Of a stretch of DNA of 64,000 nt, positions 19,660 through 29,703 are shown one piece after another. Origin of the DNA: an uncultured Chloroflexia bacterium. Its GTDB lineage: Bacteria; Chloroflexota; Anaerolineae; Anaerolineales; UBA11858. The stretch is taken from the NCBI GenBank assembly GCA_963716695.1, contig CAVQTT010000024.1:51387-115386 (forward strand). The letters are read 5' to 3'. Positions within the stretch are counted from its first letter, which is position 1. Each line of letters opens with the position of its first letter. The translations under genes and the position numbers were made by a program. The notes under the pieces were generated by a model. That model did no database searches. It was given only the letters and a program-made list of their open reading frames with translations, and was not told the origin of the DNA.

Positions 19660-20457
19660 CTAGACAGGTGCCAGCGTTCCCGCAAATATGATCCAGGCCA
19701 GGATTGATTTGGAAACCAGGCTGAGCACGATATAAGCCCTTTCTCCAAAAAGATAATCTTTCCAGGGTCCAATTTTTTTGTACTGCAGGACCATGTTGAT
19801 AGCAAAAATATTGAAGAACACAAATAAGGTAGGATTGATCACATAAACAAAATCAGGCGGTTTGGCGTCACCAGAATTGATCGAACCAATAAAATAAACA
19901 AAGACCACGATCCATGGGAATATCCCGGCAATGCTGCCGTAAATAAAAGCTGTCCAATTGGTCCTGTCTGTGTTCTGATTGTGGTACTCCATCATAATGC
20001 CAAACAGATTCATCATGGCATTAATTCCAAAGATCAAGATGATCGCTCCCAGATCCCACACCCCGGAAAGCATTCCGATCAGGACGATCATCAGGGAGGA
20101 GCTCAAGGCGTACTCATAAAATCGGGTGGGGTTCATGCCTTTTAGCAGGTTCTGTTTATATTTTTTATTTCCCACAGTAGCCAGATAAAAGTGCGCCGCT
20201 GCCGAGATCAATAAAAAGGCAGCTATCGCCGGTCCAAATCGCAGCTCATAAAGTAGTTTTGTCACTGGCTGCAGCGATAAGGTTTCTGGATTAAATCCAA
20301 GAAAATTAGTAAATATGGGATAAGTAGTATCGTTGCTCAGAACGATCATTAAGATGCCCTGAATAAGATGAAGGAAACCCATAATCAGGTTGAACCTCGT
20401 CAAGCGGGAAAATTTCCCCTCCGTCAGATCTTGAACTGCTTCAGTTGGTTTTGTCAT
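19660..20457 (-). CDS. heR: Heliorhodopsin
   Basis: FN..MGFLHLIQ, AAAHF, NPTRFYEYALSSSLM, FGIMME, PPDFVY, LQYKKIGPW..Y.FGERAYIVLSLVSK with the retinal Lys. Confidence 0.93.
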   Translation of the reverse strand: MTKPTEAVQDLTEGKFSRLTRFNLIMGFLHLIQGILMIVLSNDTTYPIFTNFLGFNPETLSLQPVTKLLYELRFGPAIAAFLLISAAAHFYLATVGNKKYKQNLLKGMNPTRFYEYALSSSLMIVLIGMLSGVWDLGAIILIFGINAMMNLFGIMMEYHNQNTDRTNWTAFIYGSIAGIFPWIVVFVYFIGSINSGDAKPPDFVYVINPTLFVFFNIFAINMVLQYKKIGPWKDYLFGERAYIVLSLVSKSILAWIIFAGTLAPV

Positions 20458-20527
20458 AATTCTCTCCTAATAATTTAGTGGTTGCACATATGATGTCGTG
20501 TTTTTATAGACAAAACATGTACAAACA

Positions 20528-20557
20528 ATCATACCGTAGGGGTTAGTGGTTTGTCAA
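20528..20557 (-). promoter_or_regulatory. Sigma-70-type promoter for heliorhodopsin
   Basis: Minus strand TTGACA-18 nt-TATGAT about 70 bp upstream of the start. Confidence 0.55.
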
Positions 20558-20574
20558 GGCCTTATTTGAGTTGA

Positions 20575-21711
20575 TTATTGGAGATCGAGTAGGCTGGAAA
20601 TAAAACTAAATTCTCGTTCGATACGCTTCTTGTTTAATCCCATTTTTCTGAGCGAGTATTTGTGTTTGGATTTGAATTTTTGGGCTTTTTGGGATTCATT
20701 TTCCAGGATCTGGATAAAATCCGGGCTGAGTTTAAATCCAAACTGCTGGTAGATCTGTTCCACAGTACCCTGGGGGTCAGCTACCAGGTCCTGGTACCGG
20801 ATCCGGATATATTGGTCCGGGGGCAGGGTCTTCAGATATTGATGGGGGTAGAGATACCAGTGTTTGCTGGATTCGATAATCGTTTCCTGGAGGGAATAAT
20901 CGGTCCCTGGGTCTCCATAGGTATGGGTGTGTTTCGAATACAGGCTGATGGTGGAGGGTATCACCTGGAGGGGATTGCGAACCAGGTTGATGAATTTGGC
21001 GTCGGGAAACTGCTGGTGGAGTGTTTTGACCTTCGGGGAATGACTGGGGTTTTTTGAGATATAGCGCCTGCCCCCATGAGCATAGATGTGTTTCTTGACA
21101 ATCTCGGAATAGTACTCCATATCTCGCTGTTTTTCTTCCGGAGGGATTTGATCATCATAATAGATATATTTCTTGATCAATATCGGGAATGGGAAAAATG
21201 CCAGCAGATCAAAAGCTGACCAGATGTGAAACAGAACCTGCCCGTCCTCTTCAGCTTCATTTAAGCCGATCTTGTGGATATGGGCTTCTTTGGCGACGAT
21301 CCGGTCAAATATCCCCACGATCCAGCGGGCAGGATTGCCAATCGCATAATTGATCCTCATTAACCCGCGGTAAAAGGCTCTGCCAACCACCGACGGAGCC
21401 AGGTAGAGCTCCCAGCTAGAGAAGCTGGTGGATTGATCATCTTTTACCATCAGGCGGTGCAGCAGGGTTGTCCCGGATCGGAAATTTCCAACAATAAAGA
21501 CCGGTTCCCGAACCTCTGTGTCCTGGTGATCGGGATAGATCAGGTTGTCAAGCAGATAGGCAGCCCGGATGCTCAGCTGCCAGAAGGGATAAAAGAGGAA
21601 GATAAATCCTACGATCAGGAGTCGTTTAAGGGAAAGTCTGCCCGGAGTGCCTTCAGACTTGAAGAAAGTGTAATAAAAGGTCTTTAGAAAAAGCTTGCTA
21701 TTGAATCTCAT
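20575..21711 (-). CDS. PAPS-dependent sulfotransferase family protein
   Basis: PVFIVGNFRSGTTLLH 5'-PSB loop; KNPSH; FPDAKFINLVRNP; YQDLVADP. Confidence 0.85.
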   Translation of the reverse strand: MRFNSKLFLKTFYYTFFKSEGTPGRLSLKRLLIVGFIFLFYPFWQLSIRAAYLLDNLIYPDHQDTEVREPVFIVGNFRSGTTLLHRLMVKDDQSTSFSSWELYLAPSVVGRAFYRGLMRINYAIGNPARWIVGIFDRIVAKEAHIHKIGLNEAEEDGQVLFHIWSAFDLLAFFPFPILIKKYIYYDDQIPPEEKQRDMEYYSEIVKKHIYAHGGRRYISKNPSHSPKVKTLHQQFPDAKFINLVRNPLQVIPSTISLYSKHTHTYGDPGTDYSLQETIIESSKHWYLYPHQYLKTLPPDQYIRIRYQDLVADPQGTVEQIYQQFGFKLSPDFIQILENESQKAQKFKSKHKYSLRKMGLNKKRIEREFSFISSLLDLQ

Positions 21712-21857
21712 GATTTTTGTTCACTGCCTGCCAAAAACCCACTATTTCTGGATCAGCCCCAAATCACCGTCCGTGCCTAAAGCAAACCATAGTATAGCAT
21801 AACAATTCCTGGCTCTGGTTGGTTCGATGATACGCGCATCCAGCCAGGCAGGGAGGC

Positions 21858-21885
21858 TTGTCAATCCAAATCCTTCTTGTATAAT
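21858..21885 (+). promoter_or_regulatory. Sigma-70-type promoter of the serS leader
   Basis: TTGTCA-16 nt-TATAAT just before the T-box. Confidence 0.6.
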
Positions 21886-21914
21886 GGGAGCTAAAGACAT
21901 CAACCTTAAAGATG

Positions 21915-22164
21915 GCCGCGGAGATCAGTATCCGGACTGATTACCCAGAGAGTTCCCGACTGGTGCAAGGGAATTAATCTGTTCCGGTGAAATCCTCTCC
22001 GCATCCTGGAGCCAGATCTCCAGGACATCTCTCCCGGAGGGGCAGCTTTTTGCCGTAAGGGAGCCGGACCGTCCGTTATCGCGGATCAATGAGACCGCAA
22101 TTCTGCGGTGAAAGCAGGTGGCACCACGAAAGCCCCCTCGTCCTGCTGGAGAGGGGAGTTTTTA
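21915..22164 (+). ncRNA. T-box riboswitch (Ser) with terminator
   Basis: Stem I gcggaga..tctccgc with AGTA/GAA loop-E, AGAGAG and GGTGCAA apical motifs; TCC at 21993-21995; CCGTTA; T-box AAAGCAGGTGGCACCACG at 22111-22128; terminator cccctc..gaggggagttttt. Confidence 0.9.
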
Positions 22165-22188
22165 ATTAACCAGCATGAGGAGTAAGGC

Positions 22189-23464
22189 ATGTTAGATATT
22201 CAACTATTCCGGGACAATCCCACCCTGGTTCAGGGAGGGATTAAAAAAACGCCAGGAAGATCTTTCTGTAGTGGAACGGGTGATCGAACTCGACACCAAT
22301 CGCCGGGATCTGCTGCAAGATGTGGAACGCTTACGGGCGGAGCGCAATCAGGAATCCAAAGCCATAGGCAGGATCAAGGATTCCGCCGAACGCGAGGCCC
22401 GGATCTCTGCCATGGGAAAATTGGGTGAGCAGCTCGCCGGCCTGGAAGAAGAACTAAAGAGTATTGAACCGGCTTTGATGGCTCTGCTGGGAAGCCTTCC
22501 CAATCTTCCTGATGATCGAGTACCCCTCGGAAAGGATGATACTGAAAATCAGCGGGTCAAAACCGTGGGAGAAAAACCGGTTTTTGATTTTGCCCCCCGG
22601 GCGCATTGGGATTTGGGGCCCGAGCTGGGTATCATCGACTTTGAACGCGGCACAAAACTTTCCGGCACTCGATTCTATGTGCTGAACGGGGCTGGCGCAA
22701 GACTCCAGCGGGCATTGATCAGTTTTATGCTCGACACCCATATCAACCATGGATACGAGGAACGCTATACACCCTTTATGGTCAAGGAGGAGGTCGTCTA
22801 CGCATCCGGTCAGCTTCCGAAATTTGAGGGAAACCTCTACCATGATCACGAAGAGGATTTTTGGTGGGTGCCAACCGCGGAAGTCTCACTCACCAGCCTG
22901 CACAAGGACGAGATCCTGGAAGAAAAGGATCTGCCAGTGAAATACACTGCTTATACGCCCTGCTTCCGGCGCGAGAAGATCAGCGCCGGCCGGGAAGTCA
23001 GGGGCATCAAAAGAGGCCACCAATTTGACAAGGTGGAAATGTATATCTACTGCAGGCCAGAAGATTCCGAAGCTCAGTTTCTGCGAATGCTCGATGACGC
23101 TGAACGTATCTGCCGCCTATTGGACCTGCCTTACCGGGTGAATAATCTCTGTACAGGCGATCTGGGTTTTGCCGCTGCTTATACTTACGATATTGAGGTT
23201 TGGGCAGCTGGCTGCGCGGAATGGCTGGAGGTATCATCGATCTCCAATACCCGCGATTTTCAAGCTCGCCGGGCAGCCATCCGCTACCGCCCGGAAGATG
23301 GCAAGAACACCCGCTTTGTCCACACCCTGAATGGTTCCGGCCTGGGTTTGCCCCGGGTTTTGATCGCTGTGCTGGAAAACTATCAACAGGCCGATGGCTC
23401 GGTTTTGATCCCGGAAGTACTGAAACCCTGGATGGGTGGGGTCGAGATCCTAGAACCCAGATGA
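22189..23464 (+). CDS. serS: Serine--tRNA ligase (apparent +1 frameshift in the A7 run at 22243-22249)
   Basis: MLDIQLFRDNP start; PTAEV, CFRRE, RGHQFDKVE, EVSSISN, HTLNGSGL. Confidence 0.95.
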
Positions 23465-23507
23465 TTTGGAGACCACTGAGAACTTAAAATCTTGGAAGTT
23501 AATAATT

Positions 23508-24002
23508 ATGCCAAACTGGTTAAATCTTTCTCTGAATATTTTCACCTATTTGATCATGGCCGTAGGATTGTTCGGCATGATCCTCCCCATCTATCCCGGA
23601 GTGGTGATCATCTGGGCTGCAGCCCTGCTCCATGGCCTGCTGACCGGTTTTGTAACCCTCGAGATCTGGGTGCTGGTGATCATCACACTCTTGATGATTG
23701 CCGGAACCCTGGTAGATAATTTCCTAATGGGCGGCAAAGCCCGCCAGGCCGGAGCCAGCTGGATCTCTATCGCCGGAGCGCTTCTGGGAGCCGTGATCGG
23801 AACCTTTGCTCTCCCACCTCTGGGCGGGATTATTGCCGCGCCGGTATTACTCTTCGTTCTGGAATATGCCCGCATCCGGGACAGCGAAAAGGCCTGGCAA
23901 ATAACCAAAGGTCTGCTCACAGGATGGGGAATGTCATTTGTGGCCCGCTTTTTGATCGGCCTGGCCATGGTGGCCGTCTGGGCCATCTGGGGCGTGCGAT
24001 AA
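23508..24002 (+). CDS. DUF456 (YqgC-like) membrane protein
   Basis: GLFGMILPIYPG, GGKARQAGAS, PPLGGIIA motifs. Confidence 0.75.
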   Translation: MPNWLNLSLNIFTYLIMAVGLFGMILPIYPGVVIIWAAALLHGLLTGFVTLEIWVLVIITLLMIAGTLVDNFLMGGKARQAGASWISIAGALLGAVIGTFALPPLGGIIAAPVLLFVLEYARIRDSEKAWQITKGLLTGWGMSFVARFLIGLAMVAVWAIWGVR

Positions 24003-24074
24003 TCGCTGGAAACCCCCTGTGTTCGGGATATTTCAACCAGGTCCAGTTCCCAATCTTTACCCCGGAGATTATTT

Positions 24075-24578
24075 ATGAAACCCGCCTTATTGGTAATCGA
24101 CATGCAGCAAGTATTCTTTGATGAGAATCCTGCCGCGTCCAGCTCAATGACTTCCGCGGTTGAATATATCAACGCCGCGATTGAGCTCTTCCGTAAAAAA
24201 GATCTGCCAATTTTTGTGATTGAGGACCTGGATGAGCAGGACGGCCGTGTGCCCGGCTCCCCAGGTTTTGATACAACTGCCCTTATTAAATTGGACCCCG
24301 CTGATCCCCGGATCCACAAAACTTACGGCAATGCCTTTAACAAGACCAGCTTGCACCAGCAGCTTCAAAAGCTGGGCGTGGACACACTCTTCCTGACCGG
24401 TTTTGCTGCCTCCCAGTGTGTGCTCTCCACCTACCGGGGCGCCCTGGACCTGGACTATGATCCCCTGATCTTCAGGGGTTCCCTTGCTGATGCCAACCCA
24501 GAGAGGATCCCCTTTGTGGAAGAGATTCACAACCTGCTCTCCTACGGAGCCCTGGTGAAATTGATCGAGCTGGCCTGA
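24075..24578 (+). CDS. Isochorismatase/cysteine hydrolase family protein
   Basis: ALLVIDMQ, KTYGNAF, GFAASQCV catalytic Asp-Lys-Cys. Confidence 0.85.
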   Translation: MKPALLVIDMQQVFFDENPAASSSMTSAVEYINAAIELFRKKDLPIFVIEDLDEQDGRVPGSPGFDTTALIKLDPADPRIHKTYGNAFNKTSLHQQLQKLGVDTLFLTGFAASQCVLSTYRGALDLDYDPLIFRGSLADANPERIPFVEEIHNLLSYGALVKLIELA

Positions 24579-24591
24579 TCTTGGGGACCTT

Positions 24592-25240
24592 ATGGATCTG
24601 ATCAAACCTCACAGCGTGATCCTGTTCCAGGGCGATTCCATCACCGATGCCGGGCGAAACCGGGCCGGTTTTGGAGCCAACGCTGGAAATATTTTGGGGT
24701 ATGGCTATGCCCGTCTGATCGCAGATCAACTTCTGGAAACATACCCAGCCTCTGGTATGCAGATCTACAACCGGGGCATTAGTGGAGACCGGATCCGCGA
24801 CCTGGAAGATCGCTGGGAAAGGGACAGCCTGCGCCTCCTGCCCGAGCTGATCAGCATCCTGATCGGCGTCAATGATACCTGGAACTACCTCTATTCTGGG
24901 GCTGGAACCAGCCCAGAAGAATTCCGCCAGGTTTATCTCCGGATCCTCCAGCTAACCCGCCGCCAGCTCCCCTCTGTTCACCTGGTCTTATGTGAGCCCT
25001 TTTTGCTGGTCACTGCTCAGGTAGACGAAATTTGGGTCGAAGATCTTGATCAGCGCCGGGCCATCGTCAGAGAGCTTGCTGGAGAATTTGGGGCGAGCTA
25101 CGTTCCATTCCAAACAGCCCTTGATGAAGCAGCCCAGAAGCATCCCCCTTCCAGAGCTTTTGGACGATGGTGTACATCCCACCGACCAGGGACACCGGGT
25201 CCTGGCAGATTGCTGGCTGAACGCTGTCCAGGCGAGTTAA
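24592..25240 (+). CDS. SGNH/GDSL hydrolase (apparent +1 frameshift ~25148)
   Basis: GDSITD, NRGISG, GVND; the catalytic DGVHP lies in the shifted frame ending at 25240. Confidence 0.85.
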
Positions 25241-25244
25241 CAAA

Positions 25245-25277
25245 AGAACACGGTTTCCTTGTGGAAAACCGTGTTCT
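25245..25277. terminator. Terminator between convergent GDSL and Trm112 genes
   Basis: agaacacggttt/aaaccgtgttct 12-bp inverted repeat. Confidence 0.65.
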
Positions 25278-25300
25278 GAGCTTGCCGGTCCTGGTAATTC

Positions 25301-25519
25301 TTATTTGTCTGGCGGGGGAACTGGCAGGTCAGCTACAGCTGTATCTACCCATTTGTCACCCTCATCGATCAGCATCACCGGGATATCCTGCCGGATGGGA
25401 TATTTTCTTCCGCATTCCTTGCATACCAGCCAGGATTCCTGGTAATAATCCAGCGTGCCTTCCCGGGTTTGTACACAGGCAGGACATCGTAAAATCTCTA
25501 GAAGTTCTTTACTGACCAT
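25301..25519 (-). CDS. Trm112/YcaR family protein
   Basis: LLEILRCPAC...LVCKECGRKYPIRQDIPVML; RBS AAGGAGG. Confidence 0.9.
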   Translation of the reverse strand: MVSKELLEILRCPACVQTREGTLDYYQESWLVCKECGRKYPIRQDIPVMLIDEGDKWVDTAVADLPVPPPDK

Positions 25520-25561
25520 TCATTCCTCCTTAACTGGAGCTGATTGCCTTTAGATTATAAC

Positions 25562-27437
25562 TTACTTCTTTTTACAGGGATTGTCCGGGTCCGGGTTTTC
25601 TGGAGGAAAATTCTTGGTCCCTTCGCCATACTGACAAACAGCAGCCCAGGGTTGATATTTGGTCGTAAAGATATCCTGCCAGAGTTTTTCACCATTCCTG
25701 GAGACATCCCGCGTGACCGTGACAGTCGCTCCTTCAACAGCCCAATCGACCTGCCGTATCTCACCCTTGCTCAGCTCTGGATTCATCTCGTATACCGGGT
25801 CTGGGGCATCTTTTTTACTCTTTAATCCAGTAGTGGTCCAATTTACGGTGCGTCCATCCGCTGTGCTGTAAAATTTCCAAACCAGCTGGCGGTATCCTTC
25901 GTAGACATAGGTCTCCATTAATATCCAGTTTTTACTGTCATTCTTAAATTTAAAATCCACAACAGGTACAAAGACCGTAGCGTCCAAACCGGCCAGCTTG
26001 GAATTATTGCTCCCGTTGGGATTCTGTTCATAATACAGCACCCGGTAGGCATGGGGGTAGCGCTCTACTACCTGAAAGCCGCCGAAGAACACTGTCCGGA
26101 ACAGGGTTGTGCTCACCTGGCAAACTCCCCCTCCTACACCTTTGATCGTGCGATCCCCAAAAATGATCCAGGCTTCTGAATAGCCTTCGTCCAGGCTGAC
26201 GTCTCCGAGTTGTTCCGCCATGGAAAAGGTTTCCCCCGGAGCGATAAAAACTCCGTGGAATTTGGCCGCTGCGGTGGCAATATTATTGATCCTTGAACTA
26301 TCCGATCCATAATAATAGCTGGTCTGGGAGCTTACCAGTTCAGTAATCCCCAATTCCGCGGCCGTGGTTTCCGAGGTGATTGCCGGAAGGTTTTTTTCAA
26401 CCACCAGTCCAATATCGTGGGCTCCCGCCAGGAGCTCTTCCTGGATCTTGATTATGGATTGGTTGATATCCAGGGTCAGGCCGGTCTTTTCACCTTCAAT
26501 CAAAACCAGCTCCCGGGTCTCGTCATCGAAATACATCTGGGCATTCTGGGGTTTTCGATCTATATTGACAGCCCGGTTTTCCAAATATTCACGCAGCTGC
26601 TCTGAGTCCAGGGCAATCCGGAAATCCTGGCCCTCGGGGGTTGTGATCCGCTCGATCACCATCATTTCCACCAATCGCTCGGGGCTCAAGGACCAGGGAC
26701 CGGGATCATTCTCCCTTCCTTCTGGAATTCTCAAGATCAGCGGTTGAGAGAGGATCAGGCGGGCAAATTCAGCCTGAGCCGTGACGTCCAGGATCTCTGG
26801 ATAGGTTTCGGTCACTATTAATGGCAGGCTGCCGTTCTGCAGCGTTTGCAGCTGCATCCTGATCACTTCCAGGGAACCTGGAATATCAAGCTCCCTGCCG
26901 ATCTGGCCGGGTTGAACCAGCACATCCAATCCTTCCAGGCGGATAGAAGCCTCAACAGCAGGTTGATTGAGTTCAGCCGCGATCTCAGTTAGGATCTCCG
27001 TACTGGTTTTTTCATCCAAAACAAATTGGGGAGCCAGGATCACACCCCGGCGCAGGATCTGGATCTGGGCAGCTATGCGCTGGGCTATGCCTCCAGTTCT
27101 CCCGGTATTAAACGCCACTTCAGCATTAAAGTTTGGACTGAAGAACATGCCCAGCTCTGCGGGACTGACATCCCAGTTGAGATCATCATATTGCAGGCTG
27201 ATCCGTCCCTGTTTAGGAAAGCTAGAAAGCATCTTCGATCAGGCTGGCAGCTTGCTCCGGTGGTTGACCGCTGAGGTTGACTTGTCCCAGGTAGATCCCG
27301 GGGAATATCCTGCCACCGTAAATTGTTCGGAATCCCAGGGTTCCCAGGCCTATCACCAGGGCAAAAATCAGGATCCCTCCAGCCAGGGCGGCTGAGATCC
27401 GGAGCAATAATTTCGAAGCTTGAGGGTTCTTTTTCAT
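25562..27437 (-). CDS. VanW family protein with peptidoglycan-binding-like N-terminal repeats (apparent frameshift ~27226)
   Basis: N-terminal TM, GRIFPGIYL; RINNI, PGETFS, GGGVCQVSTTLF, ERYPH, GLDATV. Confidence 0.85.
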
Positions 27438-27552
27438 GGTTATATTCTATCCAGTTGAAACCGATCAAAAGTTTAAGGATATCCTGCAGGGCTATGATGA
27501 TATCCTGGTGATGGGTAGCGGTGCAATAGTCTTGCCAATTCTTCCCTTAATT

Positions 27553-28329
27553 TTACTCCGCTGAACCTGAATGAGGGATCGAGATCCGGGAAATTGCTTC
27601 CTGAAACCAATCCCGCTTCTGGTGGGGAACTGGACTGGAAATTTCAGCAAGGGCCTCCAGGGGGCGGATCATCTCTGGCAGGGTCACGGGTCTGCCGGCC
27701 CGGGACGAGCCGTTTCGGATGAAAAGGTCATGCTGGGAACGATGGCAGCTGGCCGCCAAGATCTTGCAATCCAGCCAGGGGGATATATCCAGCAAGAAGT
27801 CTGGAACGGGTGTAAACAACCCGGTTTCTCTAGACGGGTATCCCGGTGAATATAAAGCGGGAGAGATCTCGGGAATCATTGACAGTGCCAGCTTGACCGC
27901 CTGGTGGACCTGGATATGTGACGGATGGCCGTATTCACCGGCAGCCCCGTGGGTCAGGATCACCTCAGGTTTTAGGTTCCGAATGATCCCTTCCAGGTCC
28001 CTGGCTGCAAGGTCAATATCATCCGTAAAGGGATACAGTTCTCCTTCCGGGCCGACAACCCGATCCTTGTAATCCAAGAATTGCAGGCTGGCGCCGCCCA
28101 GGGTTCCAACCGCGCAGCGGAGCTCCTCCTCCCGGACCTGGCCCAGATCATCCCGGTCACAGATCGGCGGATCCCCCATTTCCCCTCCTTCCCCCCGCGT
28201 GGCACAGACAAAATGGACTTTCAGGTCCAGGGTGGCCAGGAACGCCAAAGTACCACCCAGGAACATGGTTTCATCATCCGGGTGGGCAAAAATGGCCAGG
28301 ATTCTGCTTGGATTATTGTTGGGGCCCAT
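27553..28329 (-). CDS. PIG-L family deacetylase (MshB/BshB-like)
   Basis: AHPDDE, ATRGEGGE, YGHPSH, HRSQ. Confidence 0.88.
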   Translation of the reverse strand: MGPNNNPSRILAIFAHPDDETMFLGGTLAFLATLDLKVHFVCATRGEGGEMGDPPICDRDDLGQVREEELRCAVGTLGGASLQFLDYKDRVVGPEGELYPFTDDIDLAARDLEGIIRNLKPEVILTHGAAGEYGHPSHIQVHQAVKLALSMIPEISPALYSPGYPSRETGLFTPVPDFLLDISPWLDCKILAASCHRSQHDLFIRNGSSRAGRPVTLPEMIRPLEALAEISSPVPHQKRDWFQEAISRISIPHSGSAE

Positions 28330-28466
28330 AAATTCCTAATGTACCACAAGCTCTATTAATAAGGTATAAGAACCCTCCTCAGAAACAAAACGCCCTATTC
28401 CTCCGTATATAATTAATGTGAAAAATATTTGATTTAGAAAATGGAAAATCTTAGACGGAGGAGAAA

Positions 28467-29480
28467 ATGCAAATCACAATTTTGGTCTCAGCCCTAGCTG
28501 CTTTTTCCTGGCTGGTGGTGATCGGATTCCTGGCATTGATAGTGATCCGGGCTCGCCAGGGAAGAAAGACTCGCGGCGTCCTGACCGGGATCATTGTTGC
28601 TGTGGTAGCTGCAATCTTGTTAAATACCATTAGTGCCGGGCTGGTTTTTATTCAACCCCAGGAACGTGGTGTGGTCATCAGCGCGGTTGAACCTACTGGA
28701 TACAGACCGGAACTCCTCCAACCCGGATTGCGCTGGGTGATCCCCTACGCAGAAAACGTCAAAATCTATTCGATCTCCAAGAGCACTTACACCATGTCCA
28801 TCGCCTTTCAGGAAGGGGAGATCCAGGGAGACGATTCGATCGCTGCCCGCACCGCGGATGGACAGGAAGTCTATATTGACGCCTCGATCATTTTTTCCCT
28901 GAACCCGGCTGATATCCTGGATGTGCATATCACCTGGCAAGACCGCTACGTGGATGGTTTGGTCCGGCCGACTGTGCGGGGTGTGATCCGGGATGCCGTA
29001 TCCCAGTTCCGGGTGGGCGAAGTATACAGCACCGAGCGAGATCAGCTGAAACTCATGATCGAAGAAGCCTTAACTGTCAGCATGGATGATAATGGATTGA
29101 TCCTGTCAGACTTTGTTTTACGCAACATCACCTTCACCCCTGAATATGCTGCCTCCATCGAACAGAAACAGATTGCTGAACAGCTGGCCCAGCAGGCAGA
29201 ATATATTGTTGAACAACGTCGGCAGGAAGCCGAGCAGGCCCGCCAGGTTGCTGCAGGCACCAGGGACGCGGCCATCATCGATGCGGAAGGTCGGGCCCAA
29301 TCCGTAGTGATTGAAGCCAAGGCTGAGGCCGAGGCCTTGCAGCTGATCGCTGAAGTCCTGGCAGCTAATCCAGCGCTGCTGAACTACCGGTACATCGAAA
29401 AATTGGCACCCGGGATCCAGGTTATGCTGGTTCCGAATGACAATCCCTATCTGCTTCCTCTGCCGGAGTTAGCTCCCTGA
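28467..29480 (+). CDS. SPFH/prohibitin family membrane protein
   Basis: PGLRWVIPY, ARTADGQ, LRNITF..EY..SIEQKQIAEQ coiled coil. Confidence 0.88.
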   Translation: MQITILVSALAAFSWLVVIGFLALIVIRARQGRKTRGVLTGIIVAVVAAILLNTISAGLVFIQPQERGVVISAVEPTGYRPELLQPGLRWVIPYAENVKIYSISKSTYTMSIAFQEGEIQGDDSIAARTADGQEVYIDASIIFSLNPADILDVHITWQDRYVDGLVRPTVRGVIRDAVSQFRVGEVYSTERDQLKLMIEEALTVSMDDNGLILSDFVLRNITFTPEYAASIEQKQIAEQLAQQAEYIVEQRRQEAEQARQVAAGTRDAAIIDAEGRAQSVVIEAKAEAEALQLIAEVLAANPALLNYRYIEKLAPGIQVMLVPNDNPYLLPLPELAP

Positions 29481-29514
29481 TAAATCCTGCTTCACAAAAT
29501 CTGAAATAACTCAC

Positions 29515-29538
29515 ACCGGGCAGCTAAAGCTGCCCGGT
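29515..29538 (+). terminator. Hairpin after SPFH gene
   Basis: accgggcagct/agctgcccggt perfect inverted repeat. Confidence 0.55.
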
Positions 29539-29703
29539 TGATATTTAAATAGATCCTCTCCTGATCCACCTGCCTGGCTGTTCTGGTCAAAAAAATACCC
29601 TTGCCATGCTCCCTGAATCATTTGGCAGATATACGATTGGTCAGCTTGTGATAAAATTTTTTTGACCCCCAAAATATATAGTGGTTCCAAAAGTGTTGTG
29701 ATT

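Noticed and set aside
22243-22249. Programmed frameshift or slippage in serS at the A7 run
   Set aside because: Indistinguishable from the many other +1 insertions in the window; error is the simpler explanation without reads
25241-25515. C-terminal extension of the 307-aa GDSL ORF overlapping Trm112
   Set aside because: Frameshift artefact; the catalytic DGVHP and stop are in the other frame and a terminator follows 25240
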